NCBI GenBank assembly: GCA_017654855.1
Contig: CM030336.1
Location: forward strand, 2,418,001-2,482,000
Length of the DNA: 64,000 bases
From: Podospora anserina
Taxonomy: Eukaryota
Direction of reading: 5' to 3'
A program made the translations under genes and the position numbers. How positions within the stretch are numbered: position 1 is the first letter of the stretch; every line of letters starts with the position of its first letter. Below the pieces are notes generated by a model that searched no databases, was not told where the DNA came from, and was given only the letters and a program-made list of their open reading frames with translations. Positions 27,094 to 41,264 of the stretch are shown here, one piece after another.

Positions 27094-30000
27094 CTAAGCG
27101 CTCATCTCTCGCTCTTCCCGGATAGACGTCATTTCCATGCCGCTGCCACCAAGACCGCTGCCGCCCTCGAGCATCGGCTGGCTCTGCGGCGGTCCTCCTC
27201 CTCCGTTTTCGCTTTTGATGTCGGGGGAGGCGGATGAGGTGGCCCCGGTTTTGCTGCTGCCGTTTCCACCGGCCGTCGGGGTGGGAAACCCACTGCTGCC
27301 GTTGTCACTCGGGGTAAGCACGTTGGTGGGAGTCGCTGTCGTTGACTTGCTTCCAGGCTCGGTAGGCGGCGTGTCTGTCGTGGCTGGTTTGGTCGAGTTA
27401 CTGTTGACCTCCCGCTGCAGCGGAGAGGCATGGGAGGGGGAGTTGCTCTTCTTGCTCTGCGCGTCTCCGCCACGGTTTGAGTTGCGAGGGGAAACTCTGC
27501 CAGTCTGTGCATCACGCTTGTCAGTGGTTAGCAATTTGTTGAAGCTGGGCGCTTGGTCAGGGCTCGACATACCTGTTTGGCCCATCTTAGACCGCAGCTG
27601 TTGCAGAGATCTCTCTGCCCGCTCGGTCCTCTCCGCCACTCGGGCGTGTTGCGTGTGTGGCAATTGGCACAGTCTCTAACCATGTTGCCGCCGCCCTTTC
27701 TCCTCTTACGCTTCTTCCTGTTGGACAGCAGCTGAGCCAGCTCTTCGGCTAATAAGCGGTTGACCTTTTCCATTTGTCGCAGCTCGTACTGCCAGCTGGT
27801 ACATCTCGTGGTCTTGAGCTCATCAAAGATGTTGTCATCCGATGCAAGAGCGATATCTTGAGTTCCACCTATTAGCTGACCTGCAGGTTGAGAGATAAGG
27901 GCACCCTCAGTGCTGATCGTCTTGGTGTGACCCATCACGATGCCGGTCATTTGTTGTCCATCGTCGGATACGCTCGCCACCGACGCACCAGTCTTGCCAG
28001 CAGGAGCAATCGCGCGAGAAGAGGCCTTGAGTAGTTTCGTCTGAGCCAGCAAAAATGTAGGCTTCTGACCCTCTTCGGCATCCCCAGGGTAGAAGGTCGT
28101 GTGCGCTTGCAAAACCTGGCCTCGCTTGTTCTGAATCTCGTGCTTGCAGCTGGCGATTTTGCCTCTCCTCGACTTTTCAATAGTCCGACCAAACTCCACC
28201 CGAGACTCTTTCCGCATGAGATCTTGCATGCTGGTTCCTTCGAGATCTTTGCGCTCGAGATCCAACAACGAGCGCACATTTGACGCAACGTACAAGAACA
28301 TACCCGAGGTTGAGACCTTGGACCAGATCTCGCTGTCGCCGATACCTCCATGTTGATCCAGGTTCCGTTTTGATAGCGCAAAGATTGGACGCTTTCTGCC
28401 CACCAGAATGATACACTTGCGGCCCTTGCCCTGCTCGGAGAACAGAGTGCCGTGGCTCTCGAACCAGGTGTAGCCGCTATTTTTCCGTCGTATCCTGAAT
28501 ACGATGTTGACTGGTACATTTGCCTGTGCCTCCTTGAGCTCTCGCGTAACGGGAACAATGTCTGACGGGTGGCAGATGGATGCCAGCGAGTTTCCCATCA
28601 AGTCGTTGGTGTCGTACTCGAGAATCTTCTTGCACGACGGTGATAAGTAAAGGAACAGGCCCTTAAGTGAGAGCACATGCACAACGTCATCCGCATTCTC
28701 CAGCAACATCTTGTCCCATGACTGCCTGTGCCAATCTGACACGGCCCCCTTGGGGTTGAACTGCTGCAAAAGAGAAGATACGTCATCGATGGCCAGCGTC
28801 TGGCCGTTTTCGGGCTCCCATTGCGTCGAGCTTGGAGGAGTCCAGATGTATTGGCCAATATCGCTGTGGACGTAATTGACGTGCATGGCACCCCCTGACT
28901 CCTGTCCTGATATCGCATCGGGGCACTCGACCAGGTCGATCTGAAAGCCGATAAAGTACCGTATCGTGTTGGGGTCATCCCACGGGATGGGAATCATGGT
29001 GAGGAGGTTCAGGAAGGGCTTGCCGCCCTTCCGATAGTTGATAAGACTTTGCTGAATCTCGCGGCCTTCAGCAATGGCGTTCTTGAGCTTGAAGACGGCG
29101 TGGTTCTCGACAAACTCTCGCTTTGTGCCCGCCTCGACCTTACCAGTGGGACTTTGGAGGAAGCGGCAGTTTTGTCCCACAATCTCGTGGCGAACGTAGC
29201 CCGTCAGGTTCTGGAAGTTATCCGACACGTAAATGATAGGGCAGTCTTGTAACTCAACATCGCACACGACGAAAGCACAAGACATGTCCACAGCACCAAT
29301 TTGAAGCTGTGCGTTTTTCCGCGTTGCCACGTACCACAGGGCCCGGAGCATGTCAAATCCGCTCTTGGAATATATGCTCTTTTCTTTGGAAGCATGTAGG
29401 CTGTCTGGGAGTGCCGGACCAACCGTGGTGGCTGGTGTTTGAGGGGTCGACACTGTCGCTACAGCACTGGGTTGAGCAGCACCCATCCCGGACAAGGTGT
29501 GACTGGTTCCTGACGCTGGCGAGCGGTAGGCTGTAGTGCCTGAAATCTCGCGTGTTAATGGCGGTGGCATGCTAGGCTGGAATTGGTTCATCTGAGATTC
29601 CAACGTCAGATTATGCGGTCTCTGCTGAGGGCGATTGCCAAATGCGTCTTCCACGCCCGACATGTCGTCGCTCGTCAAAGTCAAAGGGGTGGTACCCATT
29701 CCCATGTCCATTGAAAAGTCAGGCGTAACCGAATCCATAGTCGTGGGAGGGTACTGGTGACCGAGGCCGGGCGAGTTAAAGAGGTTGAGTGAGGCAGGGT
29801 CGGTTCCCATCGCCTCCATGTTTAGACTTGAAAAGGCCATCATGTTGCCCATAATGTCGGGTGAAAGCGAAGCGAAGTCGTTTTGGTCCGACATGGCCAT
29901 GAGTCCAGGCTGTGAATAGGGGCCAGAGCTCCCTGGCATGCTCGTCGGCATAGCTCCGAACCCCGCCATTTGAGGCGAATTCATATTTCCAAACTGGAAG

Positions 30001-30278
30001 TCCTGGTAATGGTCCGGGCTCCCAAAATCCATCATGGACAGGCGGCGATCCGTATCGGTTGTGAGCATGGCGCCGCCCTGAAAGGACTGAGGTATGCTTC
30101 TCCTCCTCCGTTGAAGCTCATTATTGTTCTGACGGACAATCTCGTCCAGTGAGTCCGACACACCGGACAGGCCCGTCGTACTGATCATGCCCAGGTTCCG
30201 GCCGGCGTTTTGCTGCTGACCTCGGCGCTGAGCCTCCTCCTGGGCGAGCTGAGTCGTGTAAAAATTGTTGTTGTTCAT
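27094..30278 (-). CDS. wc-1: White collar-1 blue-light receptor / GATA transcription factor (exons 30278-27573, 27504-27094)
   Basis: LOV domain with photoactive Cys (GQNCRFLQ) and INYRKGGKPFLNLLTMIP; two further PAS domains; NLS RKKRKRRK; GATA finger CANCHTRNTPEWRRGPSGQRDLCNSCGLRWAKQ. Intron 27572-27505. Start MNNNNFY. Confidence 0.96.
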
Positions 30279-32326
30279 GGCGACCACGTTAGTATCGTTG
30301 CGCGCGCGATGGAGTGTGCGTATCTGAACGTGGTGCGGGTGGTGGTGCGTGTGTGTGCGTGTGTGTGACCGGGAAGCCAAGTCTGTCCCTCAACAATCAG
30401 GTAACCTAGCTATCATTGCCCCATCGAAGGACGGGGCGGCCTTGACGTCTCTCTATCGGACCAGATGGGCGGCGGCATCGAACTACTGCCAAGGGAGGGG
30501 GGGCGGGGGGGGCGGCGGCAGCTACCGGGGAGAGTGACCCGAGGCGGTCTGGATTTGGCGTAGGGCTCCGAAACGCAAGCAACGACGATAGAGAGAGAAA
30601 AATACGGTAGTGGCGGTCTATTTGTCAACTATCAGCTCCCGGACTCCCCGACGTTCTCATTGAGCCCAACGAGCATATGCCATCTGCGGCAGCACTATGA
30701 CAGAGGGGGAAGGGGAAAAGAAACAAAAAAGCAAAGTTGGCAGTGATGGTGGAGGAATATGCGGACGGTAGAGATCGAACGTTACACACCCGTTTTCGAG
30801 ATGCCCAAAGCAGGGTTTAGGTATAGAGACAGGGACAAGGAGAGGATGCGGACGAGAATGGGAAATGCTGGGTTAAGGTAAGGTAAGTCGACGTGGAGAC
30901 AGACAGGCAGAAGCAGATGGACGATGTCGTCCGAGGTTTGGCGCCGTTGTTGCTGCTGGTTGCGTGTGAAAGCGGTCCGCCGGGGCGTTGGTGCCAGGTC
31001 CCACGACACGCGAGGCGAGGCAGCTATTCGACGACGAGAGTGTGCGATGCAGATGGGCGGGCGGCGGCAGGCGGACGAGGACGTCGGACGTCGTCGGGAT
31101 GCGGTTGATGATAAAGGTGCAGTAGTGAGTGGAAAGTTGACTCTTTGCAGCGCACAACGGGGTTAGAGTCCCCGGATGTTCCTCCCCCCCGGTTCCCGTC
31201 CTTCCTTAAACCCACCCGCTGGCAGCATTCCTAAGCGGGCAGAGCGGGGCCACCCAGGGCACACCGGCGGCCGTGGGGATTCACAAGTCCCCGTCCGAGC
31301 CCAATCAGACCATTCAGATGCTGCCCAGAGAGAGGGGATAACTGGAGAACACGCCACTCAAACCCCCTTACGTAAGCCTGCCGGAGAGACACCCCACTCT
31401 TGTGTAGCCCGTCCGTCTCAAGGGCTTCATTGGCTGAATGAAACAATGGATGCGCTTTTCAGAGTTGCTGATGGAAGATGCTCAGCATTTCCATCCATCA
31501 TCCCATTCCCCGACATATGCAATGCCAGTCGCCCATAGGTCATAGGTCCCCATGCTCAGTCTCCGGCTCCCCGCGCCGCAGCAGACAATGCCATGCCGCT
31601 GTGGCAAATGCCATCCCAATGATCCCCATCCCAATCTGTCATCTCACATTTCTCCATCATCCCAAGCCACACGCCCATACCCATCCGGCCCATGGTCCGT
31701 CCATATGTCGACAGTTCGATTGATCTAGATCCATTGCCGCCACTCTTCAAAACTGTCTCTCTCGCTTTCTCTCGGCCGGGATGCAATCCGACCTACACAA
31801 TTCCCGTGTCAGCTTCCATGTCCGGCGTTGGCGAACCCCTATTGTGTCCGCTTTCGAGCCCGATGACGTGTGAAGTCATACAAAGCCGTTCGACCCTGCC
31901 AAGGCATTGCGGGCTGAGAAGGACCCTTCATCACTTGCTCTGCTGGGACTCTGCCTGTTGGCCGAGAGACATGTGCATATACGATTACGCCCAAAGGGAC
32001 CTAGGAATATATAACTGTTTTTTTTTGTTCGCTTCATGTTGATTCGCTCTGAGACATGTCGAAGCGGAAGCTTTACCTGGCTAATATGACATGTAACTCG
32101 TACACGCCAATGACCGATCGGACGAACAAACATGGTATCATGCCCGTGAACTCCAAAAAACTTCCTCCTCCGTCCCTGCCCCTTTTCTCAATCCCAACTA
32201 TCCGACCCTCTCCTTCAGGGTCCCAAACTCCTATCCGCGGCCTGCCCTTACACGCGTGTCTTTGCCAAAGGACAGCTTCACTCGCAGGTACTGAGGTATC
32301 GCGTCCATCACTACCGGGCTTGGGAA

Positions 32327-35300
32327 CTAACCGAAATGGGCGCGGATGGTTTGCTGAGCCTCGGGTGAGAACTGAGAGAGCAGTGGTGATGGGTCAGTGC
32401 CGGTGCCCTCCAAGAGAAGCTTGGTCGCTGCCACTACACGAGCCGCATTCTGCCCGCTCAGCGTCTCTCCCTCGAGAGCCTGTGCAACGTAGACGAAAAT
32501 CTGTGCGGCCCGCCCGGGCGCGGCGATGGAAGCATGTTGCCTACAGGAAGCTGTTAGTCCAGAGTACCTTGTGAATCACATGACTCATGGGAAAAGCGGT
32601 AACTTACTTGCTAATCAAGTCGGCGAGATAGAGATAGCCATATGGCGCTGCTTCCTCGTCGTTGCAGATGGGGAGGTAATTTATCCACTGATCAATGATT
32701 TGGTTGGCGTTTGGCACTGCCGAGGCGTTGTAGTGCAGGATCTTCGCAATGGCAGCGCATGCGTTCTCGGTGGCGTAGACATTGTCTTCGTTCCGCGCAT
32801 CAGGGACCTGCATGAGCTGGAACAAGTACTGCAGTGTTCCGGCCAGGAACGTGGCCCACTGCTCACCACCATGACGAGCAGCCACACCGATGCCATAAGC
32901 CGCAGCCTGGCGGATAGCCGGCGAGGGGTCCTGGCAACCACGCACGAGCGCCTCGCTAATCATAGGAGCATAGTTGCCACTGCGGGCACCGCAGTACTCA
33001 AGGACGTCGTCCATAATGCAAAGGCCCCATTGACGCTGCGTTGGGTCATCCGACTTGAGGAAACCTTGATATGTGTCGGCGAGACGCTCAAAGTAGGGGA
33101 GGAAGCTCTCGCCGTGGTGCTTGAAGACGCAGTGGAAGGCCTTGTTCATATCCGAGAGAAGAGTCTGGTCGTCCTCGATGGCCATCAAGAGTTCCTCAGC
33201 GTCATCCTCGGCATCGTCAGTACCACCAGCGCGGTGCTCCTCTTCGCGCTGAGCAACACGGTCCTTGTAGTCATCAAGGGTAGAAGTGACTGAATCGATA
33301 AACTTGCCCATGCGCTCAGGGCTAAGGCAGGGCCCACCGATAACCTCGACAGACTCGTAAAAGCACTGATACATCTCCGCCAAGGTATCGACAGCGGGCT
33401 CAGCGGAAAGAACTTCAAGGAGCTTGTCAATGGTCTTGTCCCACAAAAGCCTGAGCTGGTCCGAGGCGGGTCCATAGGCTTTCTGGACGCAGCTCAGAAG
33501 CTGTGGCACGAGCTTGGCAGAAACATATCTGACAGGATCATGGAAGAAGAATGCCAGGCCGGGGAGAGCGATCTTCTCCATGATCTGATCGGCATAGGGC
33601 GCAAACTCATCCTCAAGAACCTGGGCGTAAACAACCAGGAGCTCAATGGCCATATGTTTGTCCTCCATCGAGCTAGTTCTGATTCCAATCGTCTTTCCAC
33701 GAAGAGGCACCAGCTCCCAGCCCTCTTCTTGCTGGAACTTCTCAACCTGATCCTCGTCGTCGAGAAGCTGAATGTCAGCCTTGGCGCTGGCCATCTCGAG
33801 AAGAGGAGGCATGACCTTGGGCAGACAAGGGAGGAAATTTTTGCCCATGACGCGGCACATTCTACCCCAGCAGTGCATAAGATACTGGGCCTGAGGGTCA
33901 TCGGCCTCGGTAACATTGTCCTGGATGGATCCGAGAAGTTGGACAAGCATGGTGGCGTCGTTGCCCAAGCGCTGCTGGCCAACAGCGAGAGCAATGAGAG
34001 TCGCGCACTCCATAGCCTTTGCGCGAAGGAGGCGGTACTCCTTGTCGTTCTCGCGCTGCAATACGCTAACCAACATGGGCATCAGAGTATCGTAATATCT
34101 GGCAAACGCCTGCTCGGCCGCGTCGGCAATAGTGGCGATGGTCGAGAGTGCTTGCTCCTGCACGTACCGCTTCTCGTTCTGGAGGAGCTCATAGAGCTTG
34201 GTGAGGAGGCCGTCCAGGTACGGCTCCAAGACGCTCTTCTCGGCCTCTTCGCAAAAGTTGACCAAAGCGGCCGCAGCGTGCGACTTGACTCTAGCCTCGG
34301 GCGAGTCCAAGACTGGCACGATAGCGGTCAGAACAACATCGTAAAATTCCTGTTGCATCTTTGGCGCAAAGTCAGTGCTCATCTGGCCCAGAGCATTGCA
34401 CCCGGCCCATCGGACACGAGGATGGGGGTCCTTCAGGGCCGGAACAACGAGCTTCAAAACCTGCTCGAGTTCCCCAATCATCTGGTCGCGACAGCCTTCC
34501 GAGATGGCAGAAATGGCCATGAGAGCCGCGTGCCTGTCCCTCCAAGCAGGGGACTGCATCATGCGTGGGAGCCAGGCAAAGGTGGGCTGCAATACGACCA
34601 TGCCTCCCATCTTGTTCGCCAAGCGGTCCATGCAGTGCTCTCCAGCTACGTGGTTGTTGTCACTTTCCTGGTCTTCAAGATCGTCGGCCCCAAGCCAATC
34701 AGCAGCATCATCGTCATCCTCGCCAATGTCGGTCATCAAACTGAGGCACTGAGTGATCATATCCTCGGTGTACTTGGGATCTTTTCTGCACATGGATGGG
34801 GCGTAATCAGCGAAAGTAGCCATGAGCTCCAATGCATTCTGTCTGCAAAGGTCACTAAGCTCCTTGTCTTGGATCACGGCGATGGAGAACTGGACGAGTC
34901 CGCTGAAGTTTGGCTTGAACATCTTGGGCGAGCTTTCGGCGAGGTCGATGAGGGCCACCAAACCTTTGCTCAAGTCGTCGGAATCTTGAGCTTGCTTGAT
35001 TGGTGGCAGAATGTTGAGAATTTCGGGAAGGAGACCAAAGTACTTGGCCTGGTTCTTCCTGCTGAGGTTGCGGAAGAAGGAAGCGAAGGCCTCCATGGCG
35101 GCAAGGCGAACCTATTCATGTCAGTACAACAAACCCTCAACTATTTTCCAAACAGGACTTTCATACTGAAACTGATTCGTCCTTGAAGGCCTGGGCGAAC
35201 ACGCCAGCTACCTGCTCCTCATGCTGTCTCTCAATAATGCCGGGGGTAGTTGTGAACACTCGGAAGGCGGTTTCGCGCTTGCCAGCATCAGGGGCCTGGC

Positions 35301-35868
35301 TGAGCTGAAAGAGCACCTGCAGCAGGTCTGGCCAGGAATCGTCTACAAGCACGTTAGTGGTGGCGCAATTCAGGAGGAAAGGCAGGTCTAGACGAACTGC
35401 TATCGTAGTACTGTCTGGCAATCTCGGCAACCGCGTCACTGATCTTGTTCCGCACGTTCTTATCTGTCTCGGCAAGCAATGTCTTCAGAAGCTCGTTGCG
35501 GATGGCCTGGCAAGACACGGCTCCCAGGGAGATGAAGAGGTCAACATTTTCGGAGCTTGGTGTTTTGCGAGTTTTGGATGCTATGCGACGGAAGATGACA
35601 GCTGCAAATGTGCGAACCTAGGAAACAAGATATCAGCATGATGGCGTTGGTTCACAGGCAAACCAGAGAGGACGAGACGTACCGAGACATCAGGGGAGCT
35701 GCTGATCTGCTCGGCCAAGCCCATTAATAGGTATTCTGGCCGCTGGCTTGTCCACTGATTCTGCAGAACCTCCTCGGCTTGTGAGCGGACAATGTTGTCT
35801 GATGACTGAAGCTGCTGGAGTAGCTGGCCCAGTTGGGCGCTAACATCTGCGGGCAGAACAGAAGACAT
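32327..35868 (-). CDS. KAP121: Importin beta-3 / karyopherin Kap121 (exons 35868-35683, 35617-35398, 35342-35167, 35111-32608, 32540-32327)
   Basis: HEAT repeats with importin-5-type motifs WRDRHAALMAISAISEGC, DPHPRVRWAGCNALGQMSTDF, RVKSHAAAALVNFCE, LLRAKAMECATLI. Four GT-AG introns give a continuous frame. Confidence 0.94.
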
Positions 35869-37700
35869 GATGTTGTCTGAATCTAAGTTGTATGAGCTGA
35901 GAGGCGCTCAAGGGGCCTGCCGATGCCGTCGTGCTCCAAAGTGGACGTCGTCTGTTTTAGTCAGGACACAACCAAACTGAGACGTCGAGTGAGCTTTGGG
36001 CTCCGGGTATGGAAGGACGCGTCGGCGGGATCGTCGCTACCTGGGGAGGAGGGGGGGCGCTAGGCTGGTCGTCTGGAATGTCGAGGGCGAGATGCTCTGT
36101 GGGAGACGCGTCGGGAGTGAAAAAGCGCGGCGGCTTGTTTAAGTGGGTAAATGTTGTTGACTCTCTGGGCGAGTCGTCGTGAGAGGGGGGTTTTGGTCTG
36201 TGAAGTGGGAGGGAGAGGGGAGTGCGACGATGGACAATAATTTTTTGATTGGGTCAGGGCTGTTGAGGAGTGGGGGAGGGGCAGTCGAGACAGCTGGCGG
36301 AGGGGAAATTTGGTGTTCGTGCAGTGCCAGCGGGTCCCGCAGTTCTATTCAGACAGAATCTCCCAGGGTAGTCTAATCTGTCTTGACAAGAGAGGATGAC
36401 GGTCGAATGCAATATGTGAAGAGAGGGTTAATTTTGTGTTTGCAAAGCAAGGGAAAAAAGCACAAGCAACAGAGGGTTTTGAATGTTTACAAGCTTTAGT
36501 TCCGGGTGTGGCTCGTGTGTGTGGTTGTGGTAACCACCTTTGGTGTGGCTGAATGAAGGCGAAACTGAAATATGGTCGTCTGAGTGTGAACACGAGCAAA
36601 TGGCGTGAACGCCTATCTCTCAACAACTGATGCCTGGCCAGCAGGAAAGATAAACATCTCTCCCGACGTGGCTTGTGTGTAGAAATCTGAAAATTTCATT
36701 CATCTCACTTCCATGGCTTAAAGTATGATAGGGCTGAGATTATAGGCCGGCTAGGCAGGTTGGTCACTTGTCACTCACTGCCCTTGCTTGAACTTTATGG
36801 TTGGGTGACAACGCATCCAGCTCGTTCCTGACATCCAATTCCATGGATGCCAGCTGTCAGATTTTCCATTTGCAGTGCACGCCGCCCAAACCACCAACGC
36901 CCTCCGGTTGCTTTTAGTTTTCACCTCCAGCTTCACAAAGGAAACATTTCCCACAATGATATCGGGAGCTCTGTTAGGTGGTGTCATTGGTGGGTGGGGC
37001 ATATCTATCACCAACATAGTGTAGAGAGGAGTGTGCGATCTGCATGAGGTACAATCGGGACGATATGCCTGTATTTTGCATCCCAGACTTTGAACATGTT
37101 TACTCTCTCTGGAGATACTACAGCAACCGTTGCAGCGAGCCGGTGAACATGTCGATGGTACCGCCGGCGTCAAAGACAACCGTCAAGCTGGGCTGTTGGG
37201 CCAAGCGGCGATAACAGCGAAAGGTGATTCCGATAAGAAATATTGCGGGGTTGTAGGTTCATCAGGCCAGGGCTGGCCTGACATTCACAACAGGATATCT
37301 GGAACAGAGGAGGTGATGCCGGAATATACAGAAGCCCCAGCACAGCCTCCAAATATCGCCAGTTGTCTCTGAAAAGTATCCAGGTTGTCCAGCCAGGAGT
37401 CACCGTGTTGTTCCCCTCTGCTGCAGCATGGATCTGTGTATGATTCTGATGCTGACCCCGCATCGCCCTGGAGCTCCGTCATAGCACCCGTGCCACCCTT
37501 GTTCAAAGCGACCACCTCAACAGACAGTCAGAGACAACAACCACTCGTTGTTCCCCTCATTGACCACCCAACAGTGACCTGACCTGACCTACAGCTCTGA
37601 CACAACTCTGAATCCCAAACTTTGGCATCTCAAATGAGCCCACCGTCGAGTCTTACATAAACCGAATCCTATCGAGAACTATCATCAGCTACCACCCACC

Positions 37701-39375
37701 ATGGACATCCCTGGTGCTCAAGAGAGCGCTGCCAACAGCTCCAACAGCTCACTGGGCGCAACTCTCTCGACTTCCCAGACTGAGCGCAACAAATCTGGCC
37801 ATATTACTGCTCATAGACAGAGCTTTGCCGAGGACCAGAGACGCCCTCCTCCTTCCCCTCGCAGCCATCGACACCCATCTCTCACCCAACAAGCCGTCCA
37901 AGAGCTTATGAACCACCCCCCAATCAACCGACACGCCAATCCCCAGTATGCCGGTAGGAACTGGCAGGAAATTGCAGTCGGGGAATTGGCTGTGGCAGAT
38001 GATGTGAAGTGGACCGATCTTGACGAGAGTGTTCAGGATGCCACGCTGGTATGTTTCTTAGCTACTTACTCCAATGCGACCCAGCTACTCCATGCTGATC
38101 CCTCACCTCTCGGTAGACACTCCTCAAAAACCATCCCACCAATGCGGTCCTTGTACGAGAGACCCCCACATCAAAACGAGCCATCTCCACGTTTGACTAC
38201 AGCGATCTGAACGCCTACTTATTGGTGGTGGTCGGGCTTGCGAAACCTGAGGAGGAGCAGATCGAGCTATACGACCACATCGCGAAGAGTGCCCAGGCCC
38301 AGACACCTGTAGCGCTCCGGGAGATCCAGCCTATTCTGAAGAAGAGCGAACTGGTAGCTTTGCCGGCCGAGGCAACTTTGGACGCGGCTGTGGAGGCTTT
38401 CGGAAGCGGCATCCATCGGTTACTGATTACCAACAGCGCTGGAGAGGTTATTGGAATTCTGAGCCAGCTCCGTCTGCTCGAGTTCTTCTGGAAGGAAGCG
38501 GTCAATTTTCCTGTTATTGACCGTCTGTACGGGAGCGTGCTGCGAGATCTTCAGATTGGTAGCACTCAGATCATTGCTGTCAAGTAAGTCGTCGTGGCAT
38601 CACTTGCTAAGTTCCTGTTCCGGTTATCGGGCTAACTTGGGATCCTAGTGCCGATGGGCCTCTCGCTGATGCCCTTCTGTTGATGCACAACGAGGGCCTG
38701 ACTTCGGTTGCAGTGGTCGATCAAGGCCTCAACGTGCTCGGGAATATTTCAACAGCAGATCTGAGGCTTTTGACCAGTACGAACAACCTGCCCCTTCTCA
38801 AGCGCTCGTGCATGCACTTCATCAGCGTTATCCTCAACGAGCGTGGCGTCGAACATGGCCGTGATTCTTTCCCGGTTTTTTACGTCAATCCTTACTCCAC
38901 ACTTGCGCACACAGTGGCCAAGCTCGTTGCGACAAGATCTCACCGGATGTGGGTTGTCGAGACAGCTTCACCTTCCCCTAGTGCTCCCGCTACACCGTTG
39001 CTCCAGCCGGTTCAGCTGGGAGTTACGGCTGCAACGGCTCCTCCACCTACGTCAGTCACCGGTGTTGGGTCGTCATCAAGCCCTGGCCCACAACCAACTG
39101 TTCTTGTTTCTTCGCAAACCCCCTCAGCGCCCCAATCGCCGCTGCCAGGACAGTCATTCCCTTCGGTGCCTTCTGCCAGCTTGCCTGGGGCACATGTTTC
39201 TGGGAGGTTGTCCGGGGTTGTCTCGCTGACAGATGTGCTGAATCTCTTTGCCAAATCGAGCGGGCTTCGGCCTTCGGATCCCTCGGAACAGAGGGCTCGG
39301 AGAAGACGGAGCTCGAGTGCATCTGTCCGGCCAAGTTTGGATGCGGGGAGAGGAAGCGTTGACTTTAGGAGGTAG
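37701..39375 (+). CDS. SDS23: CBS-domain protein Sds23/Sds24 (exons 37701-38048, 38117-38583, 38649-39375)
   Basis: [78 protein letters not shown]; two canonical introns. Confidence 0.9.
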
Positions 39376-39717
39376 TACATCTTTTATGGTGAAGCACGGA
39401 AAATACTGTCATTACTCAGCACGAGCCGCTCTCCTGTATTGTTGCATTGTGTTGGGAGGGGAAGAGAGTGGCATTTGCCTTTTTTGGAGGAAGAAAGGAG
39501 GGCATCATGACAGAATTCCTAATTATGCGAATCACACAAGTTTCATACTGTTCCTGGTAACGATGGCGAAAACAGACAGACCTATGATGATGATGACGGC
39601 ATGGGCGGGACTCGTCTTGATAGCACAGAATCAATTGATATTAGAAGTTGGAAATAAAAAAACCTCATGAGTTTGGACTATACTAAAAACTTTGTGTCTC
39701 GAACCACTTTCGTCTCT

Positions 39718-41264
39718 CTACTCCTTATAATTCAACCCCCCACCAAAGCTAACCTCGCTGTTTTTGCCGGCGGTGGTGACCACCTCGCCTTCTGTCTTTC
39801 CGGTCTCAAAGGCGCAGCGTCCCATGTCTAGCTTTTTGACGGGGATGGCAGAGGGAGAGATGTCAAAGTCGAAGATGTCCATCGGCAGACCCAGGGTGGT
39901 GCAGGCGTTGGGGATGTCGACGATGCCGGCGACGTGGCCCTGGATGGGGGCGCAGGAGAGGAGGAGGTAGATTTGGTAGTCGGAGTAGCCGAAGCGGCGG
40001 AGGTATTCGATGCAGCGGAGGGTGGTCTGGCGATAGGCCACCGCCACGTCGAGGTAGTGTTGTTTGCCGTGTTGGTCAACGGAGAAGCCCTAGGTACCTA
40101 GGCGTTAGCAAGAGGGATGGGGAGGGGGAAAGGGGGGGGGTTACCTCAAAGTAAATGTACCTCCCTGGACCAAAATGGGGCTCTACCGGACCGGGGATGT
40201 AAATCGGGGATGTGAGAGAGAGCTGGGAAACGCCGGACTTGATGACGGAGAAGTTGATCGTGATTATCCCTGCCATCTCGATGGCGCCGCAAAAGGAGAT
40301 CTCGCCGTCGCCTTGGGAGAAGTGGAGGTCGCCTACGGAGAAGTTGGCGCCGGGGACGTGGACGGGGAGGTAGACTTTTGAGCCGCGGGAGAGGTTTTTG
40401 ATGTCGCAGTTGCCGCCGTGCTCGGGGCGGCCGGGGATTGTGCGGGCGCCTTGGAGGCCGACTTTTTCTTTTGTATTTGGGTCTGCGGAGCCGGCGTGGA
40501 CATTGAGGGGTTGGGGGCTGGGTGTTGGGTTAGTAGGGAAAGAAAAAGGGGGAAGGGGAGGCAAACGGCAGGGCGACGTCTCGGTCGAGCTTGTTGGCGA
40601 CGATGAGCTCGGCTTCGCGCTTGTTCCAGGTGTCGAGGACTTCTTGGGAGGGAGCACAGCCGAGGATGCCGGGGTGGATGAGGCCGGCGAACTTGACGTG
40701 GGGGATGTGGCGGGAGGTGCAGTAAATGCCTTCAAAGTCCCAGATGGCTTTGGCTGCGGAGGGGTAGAGCTCGTCAAGGAAGCCACCCTTTCGTTTTGTT
40801 GTCAGCATGAGATGGGGAGAGAACGGGAGGAAAGGGCAACATACACCATTGGACTTGTCAAAAATGCCCGTGAAGCCCCATGGCTGGTCCTCAAAAGGCT
40901 GGACGTCCATGATCTCTACCAGAAGGGCATCACCTGGCTCGGCGTTTTCAATGGCGAACGGGCCGGACAGGTAGTGAACACGGGTGAGGTCGACATTCTT
41001 GATGTCGTCCGCGGAGTCGTCGTTCTTGATTTGGCCGCCGGTCCAGTCCAGGCATTCAATCTTGACCGTCTCGCCATCTTTGATGGTGGCGGCTGGAGGG
41101 ATGTCTGGGTGCCACCTGTTCTGTAGGAGGGTTCCTGGGTGTTAGTCAACAGGTCCAAGATGAAGAAGGAGAGCCATGAGGAAAGTTACATGAAGGTATG
41201 GCTGCTCAGAAGCCGGCTTGTCAAAGTCAACCTTGCAAACGGTGCGGATAGCGGACTTGCCCAT
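39718..41264 (-). CDS. fmdS: Formamidase, acetamidase/formamidase family (exons 41264-41190, 41120-40845, 40787-40567, 40517-40145, 40089-39718)
   Basis: HNRWHPDIP, ECLDWTGGQIKN, IHPGILGCAPS, PEHGGNCDIKNLSRGS, VGDLHFSQGDGEISFCGAIEMAG, GIVDIPNACTTLGLP; four introns resolved. Confidence 0.94.

Noticed and set aside
33540-35186. 548-aa antisense ORF over Kap121 (likewise 9479-10558 over POM152)
   Set aside because: Same codon-bias shadow effect.
39373-39510. 44 open codons after the SDS23 TAG; short open stretches after the Kap121, wc-1 and CHO1 TAGs
   Set aside because: Lengths are compatible with chance and the translations are not protein-like.
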